From positions 74,781,723 to 74,845,722 of the forward strand of contig NC_134841.1 of NCBI RefSeq assembly GCF_965363235.1: DNA of 64,000 nucleotides, in the 5' to 3' direction. Positions 29,414-38,330 of this stretch are shown here, in pieces. The notes beneath the pieces are model-generated. The model saw only the letters and a list, made by a program, of their open reading frames with translations, had not been told where the DNA came from and made no database searches. Origin of the DNA: Mytilus galloprovincialis. Taxonomy: Eukaryota. A program made the translations under genes and the position numbers. The stretch's first letter is position 1. The number at the start of each line of letters is the position of its first letter.

Positions 29414-29742
29414 TTTATCATGATGAGGTTTTTCTTTATTATGATGAGGTTTTTCTCTATCATGATGAGGTTTTTCTCTATTATGATGAGCTTTTTCTTT
29501 ATTATGATGAGTTTTTTCTCTATTATGATGAGGTTTTTCTTTATTATGATGAGGTTTTTCTCTATTATGATGAGGTTTTTCTTTATTATGATGAGGTTTT
29601 TCTCTATTATGATGAGGTTTTTCTTTATCATGATGAGGTTTTTCTCTATCATGATGAGCTTTTTCTCTATCATGATGAGCTTTTTCTCTATTATGATGAG
29701 CTTTTTCTTTATTATGAGGTTTCTCTCTATTATGATGAGCTG
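29414..29742. repeat. Left subterminal array, ~16 x 21-bp unit (TATCATGATGAGGTTTTTCTC)
   Basis: Tandem imperfect 21-mers, alternating TCATGATGAGG / TTATGATGAGG variants. Produces the spurious ORFs 29398-29673(-) and 29420-29746(+). Confidence 0.8.
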
Positions 29743-29812
29743 TTAGAAGGGAATCATGGGAAATTAAGAGAATTATGGGAAATTAAGAGAATTAAGATAA
29801 ACAAAAAGAAAA

Positions 29813-30187
29813 ATGGCAGAATCAGAAACGTTGAAAGTTTTTCGGAAAGTTGGCTTGCTCCATGTGCGGGAAATGTTTGATAAAGAAAAAATAACACCAA
29901 ATATTGTCAGCATGCTTTCAAAACATGAACTGGAATATCTAGGAGTTTCCATTCCAGCCCATATGATGACACTGCGAATGGAATGCATTAAGTATGGAAA
30001 CATGAAACCTGAGAAAACTGATAGTTTGGATGGCCATCCAAAATACCATGTCGACAAAAATGTACTGGAATCGTTGTTGGATTGTGACTTTAAGATATCG
30101 GACAGTGGAAATCGCTTTCAACTCTCAAAGAGAACAATCTATCGACGGATGGCTCATTTTGGACTACAGAAAAGAGATTTTTTCTGA
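29813..30187 (+). CDS. Transposase N-terminal part: SAM-like domain + helix-turn-helix; frame broken in T6 run at 30178-30183
   Basis: MAESETLKVFRKVGLLHVREMFDKEKITPNIVSMLSKHELEYLGVSIPAHMMTLRMECIKYG resembles a sterile-alpha-motif fold. LSKRTIYRRMAHFGLQKRD is HTH-like. Deleting one T in GATTTTTTCTGAC joins this frame to the 30030-31130 frame (QKRDF|SDIDDDNLD). Confidence 0.5.
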   Translation: MAESETLKVFRKVGLLHVREMFDKEKITPNIVSMLSKHELEYLGVSIPAHMMTLRMECIKYGNMKPEKTDSLDGHPKYHVDKNVLESLLDCDFKISDSGNRFQLSKRTIYRRMAHFGLQKRDFF

Positions 30188-31130
30188 CATTGATGATGAC
30201 AACCTTGACAATATACTTTCCGGCATTGTGGTAGACTTTTCACGTTGTGGCGAACGCATGTTGCGTGAAATACTGAAAGGACAAGGAATTAAAATACAAA
30301 GATGGAGGTTAAGAGATGCCATTCATAGAATAGACTATGCTGGTACTCAAGAAAGAAAGACCGGTCGACTACACAGGCGTGTATACAACGTAATGGCACC
30401 GAACCACTTGTGGCACATAGACAGTAACCATAAATTAGTAAGATGGAGATTCATTATACTGGGTGGAGTTGATGGGTTCAGTAGGCTGATTATGTTCCTG
30501 CAGTGTCGTGACAACAACACTTCCGCCACCGTATTGAATAGCTTCCTCTGTGGAGTAGCGAATTTTGGTATATCCTTAAGGGTTCGGTCAGATAAGGGAC
30601 TAGAAAATGTATCTGTGGCGGATTTCATGTTGTCAAAACATGGTGACGGCAGTATGATTACAGGCCCAAGCACGCACAATCAGAGAATAGAGAGATTATG
30701 GAGGGACGTTTACGAGGGTGTTTTGAGCTATTTCTACAACTTATTCTATCATTTGGAAGATCAGGGAATTCTAGATCCACTAAGCGAACAGCATTTAGTA
30801 GGCCTGCACTACATTTACATGGATGAAATTAACAGAAGACTTGATATTTGGACTCAAGCTTGGGCAAGCCATAGAATGAGAACAACAAAATCATCTCCTA
30901 TCAACATTTGGATCGCCGGTCAAATACAGAATCAAGTTGGTACACAACTCAGTGAACGAGATTTAGTTGATTATGGATTAGAGGGAAACGTCGATGCGGC
31001 TAATCTTACGGACGACGGAAGGCCAATTAATGACCAACTTATTAGAGCAGATTTCAATAGGACAGGTACCAACTTTGGCATTGATGACTTTGTGAATTGT
31101 GTTGAATCCTTTCTGCACAAGCCTGATTGA
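30030..31130 (+). CDS. Transposase catalytic part: second HTH + DD(33)E integrase-like (rve-type) core
   Basis: WHIDSNHKL (D) ... 56 aa ... RVRSDKGLENV (D) ... 33 aa ... HNQRIERLWRDV (E). Spacing and surrounding residues match the retroviral-integrase/IS481-type DDE fold (established knowledge about the fold; family assignment not made). Confidence 0.6.
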   Translation: MAIQNTMSTKMYWNRCWIVTLRYRTVEIAFNSQREQSIDGWLILDYRKEIFSDIDDDNLDNILSGIVVDFSRCGERMLREILKGQGIKIQRWRLRDAIHRIDYAGTQERKTGRLHRRVYNVMAPNHLWHIDSNHKLVRWRFIILGGVDGFSRLIMFLQCRDNNTSATVLNSFLCGVANFGISLRVRSDKGLENVSVADFMLSKHGDGSMITGPSTHNQRIERLWRDVYEGVLSYFYNLFYHLEDQGILDPLSEQHLVGLHYIYMDEINRRLDIWTQAWASHRMRTTKSSPINIWIAGQIQNQVGTQLSERDLVDYGLEGNVDAANLTDDGRPINDQLIRADFNRTGTNFGIDDFVNCVESFLHKPD

Positions 31131-31799
31131 ACTTTTCAGTGACTTTTTGCATACAATAACAAGTAATATTTTACATGATCATTGTTTATTTCTTCGCCTG
31201 TTTTAGTCTTGTTTTTGTTTTCCGTCATTAAACTCATCTGGTACACCTATCTATAAAAGATGATGTTGTATGATTGCCAATATTAATGATACAACTCTTT
31301 ACATGAGACCAGATGACACAGACATTAACAACTATGCATTGTAGGTCACCTCACGGTATTCAACAATAAGCAAATCACATACCACATAGACCGCAATAAA
31401 AGGCCCTGAAATGACAATGTAAAACCATTCAAACGAGAAAACTAATTTATGTACAAAAATTAAAGAAAAACAAATATGTAACACATAAACAAATTACAAC
31501 CACTGAATTACTGGCTTCTGATTTTGGACAGGCACATAAATACAGAATGTCATGGTGTTAAACATGTTATCTGGAGCCCCAACTCTCCCTCTAACCTGGA
31601 ACAGTGGTGTAGCAGTACAACTTAGGAACGGACTATAAAAAATCAGTTGAAATGGCTAAACTCATCAGATGGATAAACATACAAATACTACTAATACAAG
31701 TGGACATGGCCGCGCGAGTACTTGTACATCCTTACAAAAGAAAACTAATAAAAAAAGATCATACATCTACGACTAAATTTTCAATTAGTACACATCAAC

Positions 31800-32560
31800 C
31801 AACTAGATACAATGAATATCCATAAAATGACCTTGAACCCTATTTATTTTCAAGGTCATGCGTCAAAGGTCAAGATCATTAATGGACTTCAAATTTTCAG
31901 CAGACACCCTTATGAACACAGTCACTCGAGAATCAAAATCTCTCAATGAATGTCAAGCAAGCGTAGAACAATGGATGTGCATAGCAAGACCTTGAACCCT
32001 AATGATTTCAAGGTCATTGGTCAATGTCCTTTGAGAATTTTTCATCCAATATCATCCTTGCGAACACTGTAGAATTACTATTGCTAAATGGATATCAACC
32101 ATTTTGGTACAATGAAAATCCATAATAGAGGAACTAAAGATACCAGAGGGACGGTCAAACTCATAAATCGAAAATAAACTGACAACACCTGGCTAAAAAG
32201 GAAAAAGACAAAACATAGAAAACTTAAGAATAAGCAACACGAACCCCACCAAAAACTAGGGGTGATCTCAGGTGCTCCGATAGGGTAAGCAGATCCTGCT
32301 CCACATGTGGCACCAGACATGTTGCTTATGTTAGAAAAAATCCGGTAAATAGTCATAACAAGACCTTGAACCCTATTGATTTACAAGGCCATGCGTCAAA
32401 GGTTTAGGTCTTTATGGGACTGAAATTTTCAGCAGAAAAGCTTATGAACACTACAATCAAAATATGTCAATTGATTTCAATTAAATGGAGTACAATGGAT
32501 TTCCATATCAAGACCTTGAACCCTAATTGAATTGATTTTCAGGGTCATTTAAGTACTTAG
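31800..32560. repeat. Internal tandem repeats (~270-bp period, 3-4 units) with palindromic core AAGACCTTGAACCCTA..TTCAAGGTCAT, inside the DNA transposon
   Basis: Units near 31800, 31980, 32350 and 32500 share ..AAGACCTTGAACCCTAATGATTTCAAGGTCATTGGTCAATG.. / ..GCGTCAAAGGTCAAGATCATTAATGGACTTCAAATTTTCAGCAGA.. Confidence 0.45.
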
Positions 32561-32851
32561 ATTTAATTTTAGCATTTAGGGTATAGTTAAATATCTGCAT
32601 AGCTTGACAACTCAGATCACATCAGAATTATTTGATATAGGATAAAAAGAGTTGGTTGAGGAATACAAAACATATAAATACAATATTTTTATTGAACAAA
32701 TTAAAAGAAAAATGGTAACAAATATTAAGATACTCAATCTTATTTTGTGACTAGATGAACACTAAATATGTCTTTGGTATCTACATAAGAAGTCAAAGGG
32801 GCGTATATAGTATCGGAGAGTGCAACGACATGGGCATTGTTTGGATATTAA

Positions 32852-33118
32852 GCTCATCATAATAAAGAAAAACCTCATCATAAAAGAGAAAAACCTCATC
32901 TTGATAGAGAAAAAGCTCATCATAATAAAGAAAAAGCTCATCATAATAAAGAAAAACCTCATCACAATAGAGAAAAACCTCATCATAATAAAGAAAAACC
33001 TCATCATAATAGAGAAAAACCTCATCATAATAAAGAAAAACCTCATCATAATTAAGAAAAACCTCATCATGATAGAGAAAAACCTCATCATAATAAAGAA
33101 AACCTCATCATGATAAAG
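32852..33118. repeat. Right subterminal array, ~13 x 21-bp unit (reverse complement GAGAAAAACCTCATCATGATA)
   Basis: Mirror image of the left array. Produces the spurious ORFs 32762-33178(-) and 32820-33113(+). Confidence 0.8.
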
Positions 33119-33454
33119 AATGAAGTACCATAAGGCAGTTACGGCGTTCCATACGAAACGCTTGTCTGTCGTACACAATTATAATCCTGTTATATTTGAT
33201 GAGTCATTCTTCAGCATATTTGATTAACGTTTACCGCATGTTGCACTTTGGTCAGCCATTATTCTAGCTGATAATTCCCGATGGGAATTCCATGTTTATT
33301 GTTCGATACCAGATTCGGGTTTCAATATTAATATATATGAAAAGTTTATTTTTTTGTTCTTTTTTGCTGACTTATGGCACAACTTTTTGGAATTTTGGGT
33401 CCTCAATGCTCTCTAACTTTGTATTTGTTTGGCTTTTTAACTATTTTGATCTGA

Positions 33455-33500
33455 GCGTCACTGATGAGTCTTATGTAGACGAAACGCGCGTCTGGCGTAT
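33455..33500 (+). ncRNA. Hammerhead ribozyme (intact core), in the repeat unit that hosts the DNA transposon
   Basis: GAGCGTCA-CTGATGA-GTCTTATGTAGAC-GAAAC-GCGCGTCTGGCGTA, then ATAAAATTATAATCCTGGTACTTTTGATAACTATT. Identical core to 25748-25793. Confidence 0.65.
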
Positions 33501-33722
33501 AAAATTATAATCCTGGTACTTTTGATAACTATTATAACCCTCTGCTTTTATTCATATCCAATATACATAAAACATAAATGAGGGTCATAGTAAGACGCAC
33601 AACGAAGTTGTTTTTAATGTATGTTTTAGTCTTATGGTATATGGTGTAAATAAACAAAAAAGAAAGCATGTTTAAGACATCATATTTTGAGATGGACCAA
33701 ATCAGCCTATCTGGACTATGTG

Positions 33723-33725
<3 letters not shown>

Positions 33726-33786
<61 letters not shown>
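33726..33786. repeat. (AT)n microsatellite, ~30 units
   Basis: Seen directly. Source of the YIYIYI ORF 33532-33915(-). Confidence 0.9.
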
Positions 33787-33790
<4 letters not shown>

Positions 33791-35044
33791 CAGATATGAC
33801 CGACAATAACCAGCGAGGAACACTGAATAACATGCTCTTGACAGCCACATAAAGCAAGTGACGGGCTTATAAGCGCCAAACCCTTTTCTAACCAGAGAAA
33901 GCGGTATACCAGCACAACATGGATATTGCTCGACTAATACGATTGAGAAGAAGCTAACAACTTACACAAAGACACAAACTACCGATCATACATTTCTCGT
34001 TGTTATAAAAAGCTAGTGCAAAACCAATTACAACTAATGCATAAAACATTTATTTTCTCTCAAGTATCAATCAATTCAAATCGAAAGGATTAAGTATGAG
34101 ACGCAACAACTTTGTGCAGTGGAAATTATAAGTACCTGTGGAACTATAATAAATTTGTAGCAATACATATTTATATTTATCAAAACAAAATCAATAGTTC
34201 CTAATACAACGCTATTCAAAATAAATATCTTTATTCCAAAGACCAATGATAATTCTTATTCTACACTTGTACTTGTCACAAAGTAATGGTATGTAGTTTA
34301 TATGACAGTAAAAATTTGATTTGAAGAAAAAACGAATACGACAAGAAGGACTTACTGACCTTCTTCACTTGAACGTGTTGAAGATTATCAATTATTAATA
34401 AGCTGTTACACGATGATGTATTTAAAAAACTCAGTTGCACTTCACCTGCATATTAACATAACACGTCAATCACATGTCCTATTGCGTTTAAAACAAACAA
34501 TGCTACTGTCATTGGTTTAAAAATAACGTCATTCTCGTGCACAAGACTTGCATCACAGTCAAGAAGTGCATATGCTTCCAAATGTATTTTTCTGTGGGAA
34601 AAAAATGTTCTCTCTTTTATTAGTCTATGGTTCTTTTGATATTTCTAAATGATAATTAATCTTAAGCTTTTATACTCTTTTAAATATCAAAGAAAAATAA
34701 ATCATTGACATGTATATTCCATAGCTTTTATCTACTGCTTTTCATTTCATTTAAAGCCTGTCACTAAACTCTTAAACTTAATACCCGTCTAGCAGTCTAA
34801 TAAAAATTCACATATATTTAGGGATTATTTACACGAACATTCGGTAAAAGAAATTTTAAACCCTGCATGTATCGTGCTTTTCGCTGAAAGACCCTTTTCT
34901 TTAATTATGGATCACCATCATTCTGCATTGACAATAATATTTTGGCGTAAATATGTTACACCGGGCGTACTCCCTCATCAATGTATCTAAAACATGACTA
35001 AAATTAGGTGTTTATTATGAATACGCCACATTAAAATCAGAAAA

Positions 35045-36700
35045 ATACATATATAGAGAACAGAATTTGTTGATATACGTCAGCAACGACTACGATAAAA
35101 CCAGAAAACGTATCTTGTTCTGGAGGTCAACGTCTTCAAGAATGGATAAATTCGTATTTCTTATGTCAAGCTATAGATCGCTCGGAATTATGAACCAATT
35201 TAAGAGAGATATCAAAAACCATCAACACCCAAATGTTTTAAACGAAAGAAACACTAAGATTCCATAAGATGACAAATCTAAAGAGACTTGAAACGGAAAC
35301 ATTTACAGGACAAAAATGAAATTCATTTATAGAAAACGCGTTTAACCGGTATTAAATTAAAAAAAAAAAAAAAAAACACAGGTTAAGAGACAAAAAAGAA
35401 AAAAAAAAAGGAAATGAAGTACAGACCAACACGTAAGTCAAGGTACCAGTAATACTATGGTACGTACGACTGTATAAAAGAATGTCGTTATGATTGGAAC
35501 AAAGCTCACAGAGTACCAATTCTTCTAGTATAGAAATCATACCTTCTTACATACATATTCTAATATTGGTTTCTTCAATTTAAACTTAAATTCACACAGC
35601 AATGTCATTAACAATATAGAAAAAACGATACGGTGACACGACACAAGGAGTAAAGTGTAGATACATAAAACATGAGTAGTTTGAAGTAGTGTTCCATGCC
35701 CTAACTCACAAAATACAAGAATCAATAAAAACAAAACAACCGTATATCTATAACATTTGTAATTAATGTTATAAGTCACTTAAGGGTAACATAATGATCT
35801 TAATATGTTGTTTTTTAAATTGCAAGAGAGAGAGAAAAAAATTATAAGTATGTTTATTACAAGATTTTTTTCTACTGATATTCATTTGGGTAACATAATA
35901 TATTACAGAACAAAATACTCGACAAACAGTTTGAGGGAATACCTTTATACGTATGCATATGAAGAGGTATTAATTGTCTATACGTAAATAAGGCCAGATT
36001 AAAACCAGACAAGACATATATAAAGAAAAGAAGATGTTGATTTACGTCATCTAATCCGACAACAATAAAACTAGAAGAAAAGCATCTCAAGGTCAACGTC
36101 TTCAATAATAGATAAATGTCTATATCATGTGTCAATCTTTAAATCGCTCAGGGATTTTGAGACAATATAACAGAAACTACCAAAGCAATCAAAAGAAAGT
36201 GTGTTAATCAGCGAAACAATACTATTTCCATGATAAAGATAAAGGGAGAAATTAACTAACAAGGTTTCTGACTTAAACAGATACATTGGCATAACACAAA
36301 TACAGATCGTTTAATATAGAATCAATATTAAAGATGATCAAACACAGAGTTAAAAGTACAAGTAAAACTATGCCAAATGAATTTTTAATACTGTACATAA
36401 AATAATGATAGTAGTTATTGAAAGAAAGCTACCTTCTAGTATAGAAGTCATGCCCCTTTACATACATATTCTATTACCATCATATTACTTCAAAGTTAAC
36501 TGCACACAGCAGCGAACCCATGGACAGTATAGAAAACACGAAACGGTTCAACCACAGTCAGAGTAAACTGTAGATAAATGAAACAAAAGTAGTGCAAATT
36601 GTGTTTCTAACTCACACCCTCCCAAAATACAAGAACCAATAATATCCAAACAAAGGTCTATCCATAACATTTATAATTAATTTTATAAGTTATTTTTGGC
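35045..36700. repeat. Diverged tandem duplication, two ~700-750-bp units (35045-35800, 36010-36700), period ~965 bp
   Basis: Colinear blocks, e.g. GGTCAACGTCTTCAAGAATGGATAAAT / GGTCAACGTCTTCAATAATAGATAAAT and CTACCTTCTTACATACATATTCTAATATTGG / CTACCTTCTAGTATAGAAGTCATGCCCCTTTACATACATATTCTATTACC, ending ..AACATTTGTAATTAATGTTATAAGT / AACATTTATAATTAATTTTATAAGT. Confidence 0.45.
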
Positions 36701-38185
36701 ATAACAGAAGGACCTAAATAAACTCATTTCCAAATTTAAGATTTCATGCTTATTTATAGTTTTATTGTGATGTGAAAGCCTTGACCGAAGCACATTGAGA
36801 ATGATGTGGAAGCGACTCGTATTTATGTATGTGTGCACGATCAATGCTTTAACAACCCTATAAAATCATAAAAAAGAAGCATTCAATTTTTATGATTAGA
36901 TGTAATTATGAAACGAAAAGTTATATTAAGCTGTTATTTTTTAAACGCTTAAAAAAAGTGACGGATATCACGTGCAACCATAGCAGTTGTATTTTATTTA
37001 CAAAATCGAATTCCCCTCAAAGAAGCTTTTTGAAAGTCCTATTAAAATTTGTATGCTGCAATTCTATTGTTATCTATGCCTTGTTTCAAAATTTTCACGG
37101 AAAGCACAGTCAAATCTGTTTTGTTTATCCGGAAATAAAATATGATATTGAGTACCTCGCAAGTGTAGCCAGCCTATCAAAATAACGGATTCAATTGAAG
37201 CAGAAATGTAATATATAGTTATACGGAAATAACATATGAAACTAGAGTGCCTCGGAATTGTTGCCGGACAATCAAAATAACAGATTCAAATGAAACATAC
37301 ATGCAATGTAATCTTATATAAACAGAAACCACAAAAATCTTTTTTAGAACTTTTATTAAATCTGAAAGTCAAATCACCCTTCACATTAAATCCCTTTATT
37401 TGAAAAAAAACTTCTTGTACTATTTGTAACCAATTTATGTAATATGTTTCCCTATGGTTAAAATGGTTCTATTCCAGTACTGGAGAACTCAATAAGTCCT
37501 GTTTGTTACCATCATACGCATATCACATTTAGCTGATATATAAACTGTTTGTTTGTTAAATATCATGTCAATCACTCAACAGTAAACACACACGTCATGC
37601 AGCAGCTGTTCCAAGGACATTAACATTCGTCACAGTTAATATGACGATGTACGCACATTCAAATTATTGACCTTTGCTGAATGTAAACAAAATACTCTTA
37701 AATGATTTTTTTTGAGTTTTTTTAAATTTCGTGCAAGAGGTTTAGATTTTAAAATCAAAGTTTCATTATTTATAAAAAAAGAAACATTAGCGTACATCGT
37801 CATCATTTATTGACCAAGCATATGTTTGTTTGTTCTCATCCCTCATTCCTTCCTAGATGCTGAACAGTGAAAAGATATTTTTCAAATGAAATAGATTTGA
37901 AAGATTGATATTCAACAAGTGGAACAAATAAATACAAAAGGCTGTTTAATTGGGTGTATTTCGTTATATTTAGGTTAATATGCCTTTCACCAGTTAAGAT
38001 TACCAATCCTTTAAGATGAATTACAGGTTCATTTGTATAACCTTAAATTTCAATATAAAATTGGGAGATACTGCGACTCTTTTACAAGAAATCTTAAGAG
38101 TAAAATTACTCGTAAGTCATTCATCTTTCAGTATAACTTACGATCCATTTTAATCACATGTTTTATTGTGTGAAAAGAGCTGCTG

Positions 38186-38330
38186 TATTGAATTTTAAGC
38201 TCGGACTTCGTTAAACGTAGATTTTACTGTCGCAAAATGAGTTTTCCAAGCGACGTGTAGCGGAGCTAGGTAAACGGATATTTGTGACAGTAAAATCAAG
38301 TTTTACATAGACAAGCTTAAAATACACTAA
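38186..38330. repeat. MITE-like palindromic element, copy 2 (same family as 13189-13355)
   Basis: TTGAATTTTAAGCTCGGACTTCG..AGATTTTACTGTCGCAAA ... TTTGTGACAGTAAAATCAAG..ACAAGCTTAAAATACAC. Shares the TTTTAAGCTC(C/G)GAC ends and GTCGCAAA/TTTG(C/T)GAC inner arms with copy 1. Confidence 0.45.

Larger units (their letters stand above)
29378..33153 (+). mobile_element. DNA transposon with foldback-like long TIRs (36-bp unique terminus + 21-bp tandem subrepeats), integrase-fold DDE transposase; 6-bp TSD CGAAAC (29372-29377 / 33154-33159)
   Basis: Left end TATGGAACGCCGTAACTGCCTTATGGTACTTCATTCTTTATCATGATGAGG..; right end is its reverse complement, differing by one T indel over the part compared. Flanked by direct CGAAAC repeats. 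Internal transposase ORFs 29813-31130. Confidence 0.7.

Noticed and set aside
29398-29746. ORFs 29398-29673(-), 29420-29746(+), 32762-33178(-), 32820-33113(+) with repetitive MMRFF / KNLIIIEK proteins
   Set aside because: They are translations of the 21-bp tandem arrays in the transposon TIRs (periodicity 7 aa), not genes.
29400-33120. Two regularly spaced short-repeat arrays resembling a CRISPR-like layout
   Set aside because: The repeats are contiguous with no spacers, mutually inverted, and part of transposon TIRs in a eukaryotic context.
33532-33915. 127-aa ORF containing YIYIYIYI
   Set aside because: Translation of the (AT)n microsatellite.
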